From Gaiellaceae bacterium (GTDB lineage: Bacteria > Actinomycetota > Thermoleophilia > Gaiellales > Gaiellaceae), in NCBI GenBank assembly GCA_035943915.1, contig DASZBP010000360.1, forward strand, positions 1-41,388: DNA of 41,388 nucleotides. The letters are read 5' to 3'. A model generated the notes under the pieces. It saw nothing but the letters and a program-made list of their open reading frames with translations. It was not told where the DNA came from and ran no database searches. Of this stretch, positions 1 through 9,012 are shown in pieces (positions within the stretch are counted from its first letter, which is position 1; each line of letters begins with the position of its first letter). Both the position numbers and the translations under genes were made by a program.

Positions 1-711
1 GCACTCGTCGACCAGGCCCGCATCGAGATGCGCGGCCAGGAGCTCGTCGTCGCGGTCGACAACAAGCGGGGCGGCTTCGGCTTCAACCTGTCGAACCTCT
101 TCGGCGCGAGCGGCATCAGCTGCCGGATCCGGTGCGCCGAGGGCTCGACCCTCCGGGTGCGGACGAAGTCGGCCGACGTCGTCGCCGCCCTCGACCTCGC
201 CGGCGCCGACATCGCGACGGCCTCGGGCGACGCACGCCTCGAGAACATCACCGGCGACCTCTCCTTCAAGGGCGCGAGCGGCGACGTCCTCGCTCGCAAC
301 ATCGAGGGCCGCGCATCGGTGAACACTGCGTCGGGCGACATCTCCCTCGGCCACGTCGGCGGCGACGTCAACGCGAACTCTGCAAGCGGCGACATCAGCG
401 TCCAGTCGGGCAACGCCGACGTCCGCGCGAACACCGCGAGCGGCGACGTCTCGATCGAGCTCGTGACCGTCGGCGAAGTGGCCGTCAACTCCGCGTCGGG
501 CGACGTCTCGATCGGCGTCCGCCGCGGCTCGCAGGTCTTCCTCGACTGCTCCACCGTCAGCGGCGACGCGCACTCGGAGCTCGGCCCGACCGGCGACCAG
601 CCGAACGGCGAAGGGCCCCTCGTCCACCTGAAGGCACGAACCGTCAGCGGCGACATCCATATCTCGCGGGCCGGCACGCCCGCCGGGAACACACAGGAGG
701 TGCAGGCATGA
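1..711 (+). CDS. DUF4097-like beta-strand repeat protein (putative adhesin/beta-helix); 5' end probably outside window
   Basis: Frame is open from base 1 (ALVDQARIE precedes first Met at 28). Six A/T-SGD-[VI]-S motifs at an 18-19 aa period plus two TVSGD copies, as in the DUF4097 family. Stop TGA 709-711. Confidence 0.8.
   Translation, partial: ALVDQARIEMRGQELVVAVDNKRGGFGFNLSNLFGASGISCRIRCAEGSTLRVRTKSADVVAALDLAGADIATASGDARLENITGDLSFKGASGDVLARNIEGRASVNTASGDISLGHVGGDVNANSASGDISVQSGNADVRANTASGDVSIELVTVGEVAVNSASGDVSIGVRRGSQVFLDCSTVSGDAHSELGPTGDQPNGEGPLVHLKARTVSGDIHISRAGTPAGNTQEVQA
217..516 (+). repeat. Intragenic 54-nt (18-aa) tandem periodicity encoding the ASGD[VI]S beta-strand repeats
   Basis: SGD motifs at residues 66, 84, 102, 120, 138 and 157 of the ORF starting at 28. 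GD/AD half-motifs sit about 9 residues out of phase. Confidence 0.7.
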
Positions 712-860
712 ACCGTCTCTCTTGGGACACCACCGCCCCCCGGCGGCTGTCGGCAAAGCGCGGGGCAGCCCCGCAGCGGCGGCCCGAGGACGGCGTCGTC
801 GAAGCGGCGGCCGACCTGATCCGGGACGCATGGCGCACGCCGTACCGCGGCAACTTCTGA
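708..860 (+). CDS. Small hypothetical protein (50 aa), translationally coupled to the DUF4097 gene
   Basis: ATG 708 overlaps upstream stop as ATGA. AGGAGG at 695-700 lies 7 nt upstream. GC-rich third positions. Followed by a strong hairpin at 885-913. No recognisable family. Confidence 0.5.
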   Translation: MNRLSWDTTAPRRLSAKRGAAPQRRPEDGVVEAAADLIRDAWRTPYRGNF

Positions 861-884
861 GCCGCGCGTAGGACCGCAGCTCCC

Positions 885-913
885 CCGAAGGCCCGCCCTG
901 CGCGGGCCTTCGG
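885..913 (+). terminator. GC-rich hairpin, 12-bp stem and 5-nt loop, no U-tract
   Basis: CCGAAGGCCCGC / GCGGGCCTTCGG perfect inverted repeat, 25 nt after the stop at 860. Confidence 0.6.
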
Positions 914-941
914 CGTGCCGAAGAACCACCGCGACCGAACG

Positions 942-973
942 GCAAGGGGCGCCCCGCCGGGGGCGCCCCTTGC
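942..973 (-). terminator. GC-rich hairpin, 14-bp stem and 4-nt loop, immediately 3' of tRNA-Lys
   Basis: GCAAGGGGCGCCCC gccg GGGGCGCCCCTTGC perfect inverted repeat, 7 nt from the tRNA 3' end. Confidence 0.6.
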
Positions 974-979
974 GCTACA

Positions 980-1052
980 TGGGCCGTGAAGGGATCGAAC
1001 CTTCGACCTTGGGATTAAGAGTCCCCTGCTCTACCAGCTGAGCTAACGGCCC
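980..1052 (-). tRNA. tRNA-Lys (anticodon CTT), CCA not encoded
   Basis: Reverse complement reads GGGCCGTTAGCTCAGCTGGTAGAGCAGGGGACTCTTAATCCCAAGGTCGAAGGTTCGATCCCTTCACGGCCCA. It has a 7-bp acceptor stem, GTTCGATCC T-loop and anticodon loop CTCTTAA. Confidence 0.9.
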
Positions 1053-1065
1053 CGGAAGCGCCGCG

Positions 1066-1071
1066 TATCGT
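1066..1071 (+). promoter_or_regulatory. Candidate -10 hexamer TATCGT, 8 nt upstream of the GTG at 1080 (leaderless or very short leader)
   Basis: TANNNT match. Only 27 nt separate the tRNA 5' end from the CDS start. Confidence 0.3.
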
Positions 1072-1079
1072 AGCTCGCG

Positions 1080-2090
1080 GTGAAAGTTCTCTCCGTCGTA
1101 GGCAATCGGCCCCAGTTCATCAAGTCCGCGCCGCTCTCCGTGTCCCTCCGCGACGGCGGCGTGGACGAGGTCGTCCTCCACACCGGCCAGCACTGGGACC
1201 CGGCCATGTCGCAGGTGTTCTTCGACGAGCTGGAGATCGCCCCGCCCAAGTACGCGCTCGACCTCAGGACGGCCGACCCCGAGGCGATGGCCGCGCCGAT
1301 CCGCGCGGCGATCGCAGCCGAGGCGCCGGACTGGGTGCTCGTCTACGGCGACACGAACTCGACCCTGGCCGGCGCACTCGCCGCGGGCGACGTGCCGGTC
1401 GCGCACGTCGAAGCCGGCCTGCGCAGCTTCGACCTGTCGATGCCGGAGGAGCGCAACCGGATCGAGGTCGACCGCCTCTCCGCGCTGCTGCTCTGCCCCG
1501 ACGAGCGGTCGGCCGCTCAGCTCGCGTCCGAAGGCGTCGGCGGCGAGCGGGTCGTCGTCGGCGACGTGATGGCGGACGCGACGCGCCTCTTCGCGCCCCT
1601 TGCGCCGCTTGCCGCGTTCGAGCAGCCCTACGTCGCGCTGACGATCCACCGCGCCCAGAACACCGAGCCCGACCGGATCCGCGCGATCGTCGCAGGTCTC
1701 GCCGAAAGCAATGCGCGCTTCGTCTTCCCCGTGCATCCGCGAACGCGCCAGGCTCTTGCAGGGATCCCGCTCCCCGGCAACGTCGAGGCGATCGAGCCGC
1801 TCGGCTATCTCGAGATGCTGTCGCTCGTCGCGAACGCCGCGAAGGTCGTGACCGACTCCGGCGGGCTGCAGAAGGAGGCGTACTGGCTCGGCGTGCCCTG
1901 CGTCACCGTGCGGCCGTCCACCGAGTGGGTCGACACCGTGAGCGTGGGCGCCAACCGCCTCGCCGAGCCGAGCGAGATCCCGGCCGCGCTCGTGGCTGCG
2001 GGCTACCCCGACAACCCGCCGCCGCTGTACGGCGACGGCCACGCGAGCGGAAAGATCACAGACGCTCTGTACGCTTGGACGCCGAAATGA
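1080..2090 (+). CDS. UDP-N-acetylglucosamine 2-epimerase (non-hydrolysing, WecB/WbpI family)
   Basis: 336 aa. N-terminus MKVLSVVGNRPQFIKSAPL, HTGQHWD, and C-terminal DSGGLQKEA are typical of the family. GTG start. Confidence 0.88.
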   Translation: MKVLSVVGNRPQFIKSAPLSVSLRDGGVDEVVLHTGQHWDPAMSQVFFDELEIAPPKYALDLRTADPEAMAAPIRAAIAAEAPDWVLVYGDTNSTLAGALAAGDVPVAHVEAGLRSFDLSMPEERNRIEVDRLSALLLCPDERSAAQLASEGVGGERVVVGDVMADATRLFAPLAPLAAFEQPYVALTIHRAQNTEPDRIRAIVAGLAESNARFVFPVHPRTRQALAGIPLPGNVEAIEPLGYLEMLSLVANAAKVVTDSGGLQKEAYWLGVPCVTVRPSTEWVDTVSVGANRLAEPSEIPAALVAAGYPDNPPPLYGDGHASGKITDALYAWTPK

Positions 2091-3343
2091 GCTGGGACAT
2101 CGCAGTCATCGGGGCCGGATACGTCGGCATGCCCCACGCGCAGACGTTCGCGGAGGGCGGCAAGAAGGTCGTGCTCGTCGATCTCCGCCAGGACGTCGTC
2201 GACATGATCAACCGGGGCGAGAGCCACATCCAGGACGTGCCCTCCGACGTCCTGAAGCCGCTCGTCGACGATGGGCACATCAGCGCGACCACCGACTACG
2301 CGGCCGTCGCGGACGCCGACGCGATCGTCATCGCCGTCGGCACACCGCTGACGAAGCAGCGCGAGCCGGACCTGACGCAGATCCGCAGCGCGACGTCGTC
2401 GATCGCGCCGCACGTGCGCAAGGGCCACCTCGTCGTCCTCGAGTCCACGACGTACCCCGGCACGACCCGCGAAGTCGTGCAGCCGATCCTCGAAGAGGTC
2501 ACCGGCCTGAAGGCCGGCGAGGACTTCCACCTCGGCTACGCGCCCGAGCGCGTCGACCCCGGTCGTGTCGACTGGACCACGCAGACGACGCCGAAGGTGG
2601 TCGGCGGCATCAACGCCGCGTCCACGAAAGCGGCGGCCGACCTCTACCGCTCCGTGCTCGACAACGTGCACCCGGTCTCCAGCACCGAGGCGGCCGAGCT
2701 CACGAAGCTGCTCGAAAACATCTTCCGCTCCGTGAACATCGCGCTGGTCAACGAACTCGCGCAACTCTGCGACCGGATGGACATCGACGTGTGGGAAGTG
2801 GTCGACGCCGCCGCGACGAAGCCGTTCGGCTTCATGTCGTTCAAGCCCGGCCCGGGTCTCGGCGGTCACTGCATTCCGCTCGACCCGTACTACCTCGCGT
2901 GGAAAGCGCGTGAGTTCGACTTCAACACGCGCTTCGTCGAGCTCGCCGGCGAGATCAACAACAACATGCCGTACTTCTCGCGCTCGGTCATCTCGCAGGC
3001 GCTGAACCACGGCGCGCAGAAGCCGGTGAAGGGCGCGAAGATCCTGATGCTCGGCGTCGCGTACAAGGCGGACATCGACGACTACCGCGAGTCGCCCGCC
3101 GAGAAGCTCGTCGAGCTGCTCCGCAACGCGGGCGCCGACGTTGCGTACCACGATCCGTTCGTACCGGAGTTCGAGGGGATGACCTCCGTCCCGCTCGAGC
3201 CCGAGAAGTACGACTGCGTCGCGATCGTCACCGCGCACACGGACATCGACTACGCCGACGTCGTGAAGCGCGGCAAGGTCATCGTCGACTTCCGCAACGC
3301 CACCAAGGGCCACGAAGTCGACGGCAAGGTCTGGAAGCTTTGA
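2087..3343 (+). CDS. Nucleotide-sugar 6-dehydrogenase (UDP-GlcNAc/UDP-ManNAc dehydrogenase, WbpA/WecC/TviB type)
   Basis: Start MSWDIAVIGAGYVG (Rossmann GxGxxG) at ATG 2087 overlaps the upstream stop (ATGA). Catalytic GGHCIPLDP motif. The upstream extension of the 1925 ORF is Arg-rich out-of-context sequence. Confidence 0.88.
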   Translation: MSWDIAVIGAGYVGMPHAQTFAEGGKKVVLVDLRQDVVDMINRGESHIQDVPSDVLKPLVDDGHISATTDYAAVADADAIVIAVGTPLTKQREPDLTQIRSATSSIAPHVRKGHLVVLESTTYPGTTREVVQPILEEVTGLKAGEDFHLGYAPERVDPGRVDWTTQTTPKVVGGINAASTKAAADLYRSVLDNVHPVSSTEAAELTKLLENIFRSVNIALVNELAQLCDRMDIDVWEVVDAAATKPFGFMSFKPGPGLGGHCIPLDPYYLAWKAREFDFNTRFVELAGEINNNMPYFSRSVISQALNHGAQKPVKGAKILMLGVAYKADIDDYRESPAEKLVELLRNAGADVAYHDPFVPEFEGMTSVPLEPEKYDCVAIVTAHTDIDYADVVKRGKVIVDFRNATKGHEVDGKVWKL

Positions 3344-4305
3344 TCAGGGTCGGAGTCGTCGGCCTCAACTACTGGGGGCCGAACCTCGTCCGGAACTTCG
3401 ACGACCTCGCCGACCTGACGTGGCTCTGCGACCTCGACGAGGAGCGTCTCGCCGAGCTTGGCGCGCGCTATCCGAAGGCGCGCACCACGACGAGCTTCGA
3501 GGACCTCCTCGCCGACGACGAGCTCGACGCGGTCGTCGTCGCCACGCCGGTGCCGACGCACTACGCGCTCGCGAAGCAGGCGCTCGAGGCCGGCAAGCAC
3601 GTCTTCGTCGAGAAGCCTCCCGCCATGCACGCCGCGGAGATGGACGAGCTCGTGGCGATCTCCGAAGAGCGCGACCGCGTGCTCATGCCGGGGCACCTGC
3701 TGCTCTACCACCCCGGCGTGCTCAAGCTGAAGGAGCTGATCGACGCGGGCGAGCTCGGCGACGTGCTCTGCGTCTACGGCAACCGCGTCAACCTCGGCAT
3801 CGTGCGCGAGAACGAGAACGCGCTCTGGTCGCTCGGCGTGCACGACCTGTCGGTGATCCTCTACCTGCTCGACGAGGACCCCGAGGTCGCGACCGCGCAG
3901 GGCGGCGACTTCCTCACGAAGGGCGTCGAGGACGTCGTCTTCTGCTACCTGCGCTTCCCGAGCGGGAAGATCGCGCACATGCACCTGTCGTGGCTCGACC
4001 CGCACAAGATGCGGAAGATGACCGTCGTCGGGCGCGAGAAGATGGCGGTCTTCGACGACATGGAGCTCGAGCGCAAGATCACCGTGTACGAGAAGTCTCC
4101 GTGGAAGCGCGCCGAGACGTACGGCGAATGGCAGACCCGCTCCGGCGACATCTACATCCCGAAGATCTCCACGGCCGAGCCGCTGCGCCTCGAGTGCCAG
4201 CACTTCCTCTCTCTGGTCGCCGGAGAAGGCGACCGCCTGAAGGTCGCCCGCGACGGAGCGCGCGTCGTGCGTGCGCTCGAGATGCTCACGGACAGCCTTG
4301 GCTGA
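3340..4305 (+). CDS. Gfo/Idh/MocA family oxidoreductase (WbpB-like sugar 3-dehydrogenase candidate)
   Basis: 321 aa. MIRVGVVGLNYWGPN N-terminal Rossmann, EKP motif (VFVEKPPA). TTG start in a TTGA overlap with the upstream stop. Confidence 0.85.
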   Translation: MIRVGVVGLNYWGPNLVRNFDDLADLTWLCDLDEERLAELGARYPKARTTTSFEDLLADDELDAVVVATPVPTHYALAKQALEAGKHVFVEKPPAMHAAEMDELVAISEERDRVLMPGHLLLYHPGVLKLKELIDAGELGDVLCVYGNRVNLGIVRENENALWSLGVHDLSVILYLLDEDPEVATAQGGDFLTKGVEDVVFCYLRFPSGKIAHMHLSWLDPHKMRKMTVVGREKMAVFDDMELERKITVYEKSPWKRAETYGEWQTRSGDIYIPKISTAEPLRLECQHFLSLVAGEGDRLKVARDGARVVRALEMLTDSLG

Positions 4306-4942
4306 GGTTCACCCCAGCGCGATCGTCCACCCGGGCACCGTCCTCGGCGAGGGCGTGAAGGTGCTCGAGAACGCCGTTGTCGGGAAGCAGCCGTCGCTGT
4401 CTCCCCGGTCGACCGCGAAGCGCGAGCCGCTGCCGCCGACCGTGATCGGGGACGGCACGATCGTCTCGACCGGCGCGATCGTCTTCGCCGGCTCGCAGAT
4501 CGGCGCGCGCGTGATCCTCGGCGACCAGTCGTGCGTGCGGGAGCGCGTGACGATCGGCGACGACGTCGTCGTCGGCCGCGGCTCGCTCGTCGAGAACGAC
4601 ACGACGATCGGGGCGATGACGAAGATCCAGGCCGAGGCCTACATCACCGCGTACTCGACGCTCGAGGAGAACGTCTTCATCGCGCCGTGCGTCGTCACGA
4701 CGAACGACAACTACATGGGCCGCACCGAGAAGCGCCACGACCTGATCAAGGGGCCGACGATTCGCCGCGGCGCGCGAGTCGGCGGCGGCGCGATCCTCTG
4801 CCCCGCGGTGGAGATCGGTGAAGAGGCGTTCGTCGGTGCAGGCGCGGTCGTGACGAAGGACGTCCCGCCGCGCAAGGTCGTCGTCGGCTCGCCCGCGCGC
4901 GTGCTGCGCGACGTGCCGGACGAAGAGCTACTGAAGGACTGA
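4271..4942 (+). CDS. Left-handed beta-helix (hexapeptide repeat) acyl/acetyltransferase, WbpD/WbbJ-like
   Basis: Hexapeptide repeats throughout (IGDGTIV, IGARVILGD, IGDDVVVGRGS, VGGGAIL). The start may instead be TTG 4298, giving MAEVHPSAIVHP and an 8-nt overlap. Confidence 0.82.
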   Translation: MRSRCSRTALAEVHPSAIVHPGTVLGEGVKVLENAVVGKQPSLSPRSTAKREPLPPTVIGDGTIVSTGAIVFAGSQIGARVILGDQSCVRERVTIGDDVVVGRGSLVENDTTIGAMTKIQAEAYITAYSTLEENVFIAPCVVTTNDNYMGRTEKRHDLIKGPTIRRGARVGGGAILCPAVEIGEEAFVGAGAVVTKDVPPRKVVVGSPARVLRDVPDEELLKD

Positions 4943-6388
4943 CCTCACGAGCGCGAGCCGGTAGCCGATGATCGCCCGTGTGGGCGTGAGCAGCTTCGCC
5001 TCGAGGTAGTACACGCCGGTCGTTGTCGCGCGGTATGCGAGCCGTGACTGCGAGCCGGCGCGCGTCGACGTCGCGATCCGGTCGCGCACCGGCGCATGCA
5101 GGCCGAGCACGTGCGGGGTGCCCGGCTTCCACAGCGCGAGCGGCACCCGCGCGCCCGGGGTCGGTGAGAGGTGAGCGTAGAGCGTCTGGCCTGCGTGCAG
5201 GGACACGCGGTAGACGTCGACGTTGTCGTCCCAATAGTCGAGCGTCGCGCTGACGGTGCGCGGCAGCGGCGGCAGCGCGTGCGACCACGGCCCGGCGTCG
5301 TCGTTCGGCTCGTAGTGATCGATGGGCGGCAGCGGCTTGCCCGAGGCGAGCAGCGTGAGTGCAGCGTCGACATCGAGCTTCCCCCAGCCGGTGAGGCGGT
5401 CGCGGCCCGGCGTGCAGGTGGAGCACCCGGTGGCCGGCGTCTCGTCGACCGCAGAGCGCTCGAGCAGCCACATCACCTGCTGCGGCGAGAGCTTCGGCGA
5501 CTGTCCGAGGAGCAGCGCCGCAGCGGCCGAGACGAGCGGGGCTGCGAACGACGTTCCGATCGCGTTGCGAAACTCGCCCGGGCCGCAGTCCGAGTAGCCG
5601 GCGTCCGCACAGACGGGGTCGCCCGAGAGCGCACGCGGCACGGTCGAGAACATCGAGTCGCCGGGCGCTGCGATGTCGTCGTACACCGGGTCGCGGTTCG
5701 AGTACGCGGGAACGGATCCGTCGTGGCGCAGCGCGCTCACCCCGATGACGTGCGGGAGCGCGGCCGGGTACACGGCGAACGGCCACGGGGTCGACGGCGA
5801 CTGCGATCCGTTGCCGACGGCCGCGACGACCACCGCACCCTTCGCGTACGCGTAGTCGATCGCGGCCTGCTCGAGCGGGGAGTACGAGTCGATGCGCGCG
5901 TTGAACGGGTCGCGCACCCCGCCGAGGCTGAGGTTGATCACGCCGGCGCCCTGATCGGCGGCCCAGCGGATCGCGGCCACCTCGCCCCGCAGCGACACGC
6001 TGCCGTCGGGACGCACAACCTTCGCAATCAGGAGCTGGGCGTTAAACGCGAGACCCGCGATGCCCTGCTGGTTCGTCGCGGCCGCGATCTCGCCGGCGAC
6101 GAACGTCCCGTGGCCATCGGTGTCGTCGCTCCACGGCGTGGAGACGAACGAGCGCCCGGCGGCGATGCGACCCGTGAACTCGGGGTGGCCGCGGTCGATG
6201 CCCGAGTCGATCACCGCGACCTTCACCGGGTACAGCTGCGGCAGAGACGGCCAGTAGTCCCACGCGCGAACGTCGGTCAGGTACCACTGCTTGGCGGCGT
6301 CCGGCTCGGTGTTGTCGAAGGCGGCCGCGACGGACGCGAGCGCAAGCGCCGCCGCAAGTGCAACGGCGGCGATGCTGACGCGTCTCAC
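4928..6388 (-). CDS. Secreted S8 (subtilisin-family) serine peptidase with C-terminal pre-peptidase-like domain
   Basis: GTG 6388 in a GTGA overlap with the SpoIID-like stop. Signal peptide RRVSIAAVALAAALALASVAAA. Triad motifs VIDSGID, DGHGTFVAG and GTSFAAPLVS. The upstream 478 codons of the 964-aa ORF are an out-of-frame run through the neighbouring gene. Confidence 0.88.
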   Translation of the reverse strand: MRRVSIAAVALAAALALASVAAAFDNTEPDAAKQWYLTDVRAWDYWPSLPQLYPVKVAVIDSGIDRGHPEFTGRIAAGRSFVSTPWSDDTDGHGTFVAGEIAAATNQQGIAGLAFNAQLLIAKVVRPDGSVSLRGEVAAIRWAADQGAGVINLSLGGVRDPFNARIDSYSPLEQAAIDYAYAKGAVVVAAVGNGSQSPSTPWPFAVYPAALPHVIGVSALRHDGSVPAYSNRDPVYDDIAAPGDSMFSTVPRALSGDPVCADAGYSDCGPGEFRNAIGTSFAAPLVSAAAALLLGQSPKLSPQQVMWLLERSAVDETPATGCSTCTPGRDRLTGWGKLDVDAALTLLASGKPLPPIDHYEPNDDAGPWSHALPPLPRTVSATLDYWDDNVDVYRVSLHAGQTLYAHLSPTPGARVPLALWKPGTPHVLGLHAPVRDRIATSTRAGSQSRLAYRATTTGVYYLEAKLLTPTRAIIGYRLALVRSVLQ

Positions 6389-7992
6389 TGGACGACGAGG
6401 GGCGGCGACACGGCAGCAACGTAGCCGTGGCCGGGCGTGCTGCGGACGCGGTAGGTGCCGGGTGCGAGCTGGCCGCCGAACGACCAGGCTCCGCTCGTGT
6501 CGGTGACGGTCGAGCTGACCGTCGCCCAGGTCGTGCCGGACTGCTGCTGCAGCGCGACTGCTGCGCCCGACACCGCAGGCTCGAGGGCGCCGGAGACGCC
6601 GGTCGCGCTCTGGTCGACGCTCAGCAGCGGTGCGACGCCGACCTTCGCGTACGCGACATGGAGCGTGCCGACCGTGAGCCGGTACTGCGTGGTGACGCTC
6701 GGGTCGACGCTCACCGAGAAGGTGCCGTCTGCGGCGGGCGTAACCGTCTCGACCGCCGTCCAGGCCGCCCCGGGAGCGCGCGACTCGAGCGTGACGGGAC
6801 CGGTGACGTACCGCGCGAACCCGCCGAGCGTCCCCGACGTCCCGAACGGAAGCGCCTTCGGCGGCTGCAGCGCGAGGAGTTGCGGCGTGATCCACGTCGA
6901 GCGCAGGTCGAGCGCGGCGCGCAGCGTGTTGCCGGTGAAGGTCGTGGTCGTGCCGTCGGAGAGCGTCGCAGTGATGCGCTTCGCACGCGGCGACGTCCCT
7001 GCGGCGATCTTCAGGTCGACGATCGCCCTCTTCAGCCTGAGCGCCTTCTGCACCCTCGCGAGATCGAACAGCATGGGGCCCCAGTCGTGGTACGGCGCGA
7101 TCGTGTCGTACTGGTCGACGACCGACTGGAGATACGGCACGCCGACGCCCGTCGTCTCGAGCGACGACGCCGTGCGCCCGCCCGAGCTCGAGAAGAACAT
7201 CGTGTCGGCCGGCTTGCCGGCGTAGAGGACGACCTGATGCTTCGTCGCGTCGACGGCCGCGCTCGCAAGCGGCGACTCGGCGGCGACTCCGCCGTACACC
7301 TGGCTGCGCCCGTCGCCGTAGACGTCGAACGGCTTGTCCTTCGCGGCGTTCGCGAGCGCGTACGAGCGCGCGGCGACTGCCTGCGCCTTCACGGCCTCGG
7401 GCGCCCAGTTCGCCGGCATCTCCGCGGGCACGACGCCCTTCACGTACGCCTCGAGGCCGACAACGTCGACGGCCTGCACGAGGTTCCCCGCGAGCGACAC
7501 CACGAGCCGGCCGCGGTACGCCTTGCCGTCGAGGCTGAGCGGCTGTGCCGACTTGAACGTCAGCGGCGGGGTCAGCGCCTGCCCGTTCACCGAGAGGTCG
7601 GCGCCGAGGACGACGGGCGTCCCCGCGGTGAGCTGCACAACCTGGTGCGCTGCATCGGCTACCGACCACGGCGCAGTCGACGTCAGCGTGGACTGCTTCT
7701 CCTGGGTGAGCAGCACGCGGATCGACGACACCGTCGAGGTGCCGAGCGTCGTGCCGACGTAGTAGTGGTTGAGGATCCGGTCGTACGTCCAGCCGTGCTG
7801 CGCGTAGCCGTATGCGCCCCACTGGCTCATGCCGAGACCGTGGCCGTACCCGTGGCCGCTCAGCACGAGGACGGTGCGCGCGGCGAGTGTGGCCGGCTGC
7901 GTCGTGGCAGCGCGCGACGAGCCGCCCACGAGCGCGGCAACGATTCCCCCGAAGAGGACCAGCCCGAGCGCGCGCCGACCCACAAAAGGCAC
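6385..7992 (-). CDS. SpoIID/LytB-domain protein (cell-wall amidase enhancer/lytic transglycosylase family) with C-terminal Ig-like domains
   Basis: 535 aa. Signal/TM at the N-terminus. GHGLGMSQWGAYGYA and FFSSSGGRTAS motifs typical of SpoIID. Confidence 0.85.
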   Translation of the reverse strand: MPFVGRRALGLVLFGGIVAALVGGSSRAATTQPATLAARTVLVLSGHGYGHGLGMSQWGAYGYAQHGWTYDRILNHYYVGTTLGTSTVSSIRVLLTQEKQSTLTSTAPWSVADAAHQVVQLTAGTPVVLGADLSVNGQALTPPLTFKSAQPLSLDGKAYRGRLVVSLAGNLVQAVDVVGLEAYVKGVVPAEMPANWAPEAVKAQAVAARSYALANAAKDKPFDVYGDGRSQVYGGVAAESPLASAAVDATKHQVVLYAGKPADTMFFSSSGGRTASSLETTGVGVPYLQSVVDQYDTIAPYHDWGPMLFDLARVQKALRLKRAIVDLKIAAGTSPRAKRITATLSDGTTTTFTGNTLRAALDLRSTWITPQLLALQPPKALPFGTSGTLGGFARYVTGPVTLESRAPGAAWTAVETVTPAADGTFSVSVDPSVTTQYRLTVGTLHVAYAKVGVAPLLSVDQSATGVSGALEPAVSGAAVALQQQSGTTWATVSSTVTDTSGAWSFGGQLAPGTYRVRSTPGHGYVAAVSPPLVVQ

Positions 7993-8025
7993 AGTAGCCC
8001 GCCTTCGCGGCCGCTTACAGAACTC

Positions 8026-9012
8026 CTACAAGCGGTGGGCGTACTGCTGCTCGTAGTACCGCCGGTAGTCGCCCTGCTTGATCGGCTCCCACCATTCACG
8101 GTTCTCGCGGTACCACGTGACGGTCTCCTCGAGACCGCCGTTGTCGAACGAGTGCTTGGGCGTCCAGCCGAGATCACGCACCTTCGCCGAGTCGACTGCG
8201 TACCGGCGGTCGTGACCCGGCCGGTCCTCCACCATCCGCACGAGATCGGGGCTCGCGCCGGTGATGTCGAGGATGCGCCGGATGACGTCCATGTTCTCGC
8301 GCTCCTGGCCACCGACGTTGTAGACGTTGCCCGTCAGGCCTTTCCGCAGCACGAGCTCGATCGCCGCGCAGTGGTCGTCGACGTGCAGCCACTCGCGATG
8401 CTGCCGCCCGTCGCCGTACACGGGCAGCGGCTCACCGTCGAAGCAGTTGGTGATGAAAAGTGGCAGCATCTTCTCGGGGTACTGCCGCGGGCCGAAGGTA
8501 TTGGCGGACCGCGTGATCAGCGCATCTGTGCCATACGTGCGCACGTACGCGAGCACCTGGAGGTCGCCGCCTGCCTTCGACGCCGAGTACGGGCTCGAGG
8601 GGCGAAGCGGTGTCTCCTCGGTCGCGGCGGGCGCGTCGAACGGGATGTCGCCGTACACCTCGTCGGTCGACACCTGCACGTGACGGATGTTGTGATGACG
8701 CGCGTAGTCGAGCAGCACCTGCGTGCCGAGCACATCGGTGAGGATGAACTCCGCCGGACCGAGGATCGAGCGGTCGACGTGCGTCTCGGCGGCGAAGTTG
8801 ACGATCGCCTCGACGCCGTTCGCCGCGCGGGCGACGGCGTCCTGATCGGCGATGTCGCCCTGGTGGAACTCGTGCTCGACTCCCTCGAGGTTCGCCGGGT
8901 TGCCGGCGTACGTCAGCTTGTCGAGGACGACGACCTGGTCGCCGGCAGCGGCAAGGCGCCGCACGAACTGCGAGCCGATAAAGCCCGCGCCGCCTGTGAC
9001 GAGAACCTTCAC
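8026..9012 (-). CDS. rmlB: dTDP-glucose 4,6-dehydratase
   Basis: VKVLVTGGAGFIGSQF start at GTG 9012 (GTGA overlap with rmlD stop). DKLTYAGN and YSASKA motifs. Ends YYEQQYAHRL. Confidence 0.92.
   Translation of the reverse strand: MKVLVTGGAGFIGSQFVRRLAAAGDQVVVLDKLTYAGNPANLEGVEHEFHQGDIADQDAVARAANGVEAIVNFAAETHVDRSILGPAEFILTDVLGTQVLLDYARHHNIRHVQVSTDEVYGDIPFDAPAATEETPLRPSSPYSASKAGGDLQVLAYVRTYGTDALITRSANTFGPRQYPEKMLPLFITNCFDGEPLPVYGDGRQHREWLHVDDHCAAIELVLRKGLTGNVYNVGGQERENMDVIRRILDITGASPDLVRMVEDRPGHDRRYAVDSAKVRDLGWTPKHSFDNGGLEETVTWYRENREWWEPIKQGDYRRYYEQQYAHRL

Noticed and set aside
132-860. 242-aa Arg-rich ORF overlapping the DUF4097 gene.
   Set aside because: It is an out-of-frame shadow of the repeat protein. 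Only the last 50 codons, from ATG 708 with an AGGAGG RBS, look like a gene.
861-1079. tRNA-Lys as the attachment site of a genomic island carrying the sugar cassette.
   Set aside because: I see no integrase, no direct repeat of the tRNA 3' end, and no change in GC content or codon style on either side.
4928-7822. 964-aa ORF on the minus strand.
   Set aside because: Only the last 486 codons, from GTG 6388, encode the S8 peptidase with its signal peptide. The upstream part is Arg/Ala-rich sequence in an alternative frame of the well-supported SpoIID-like gene.
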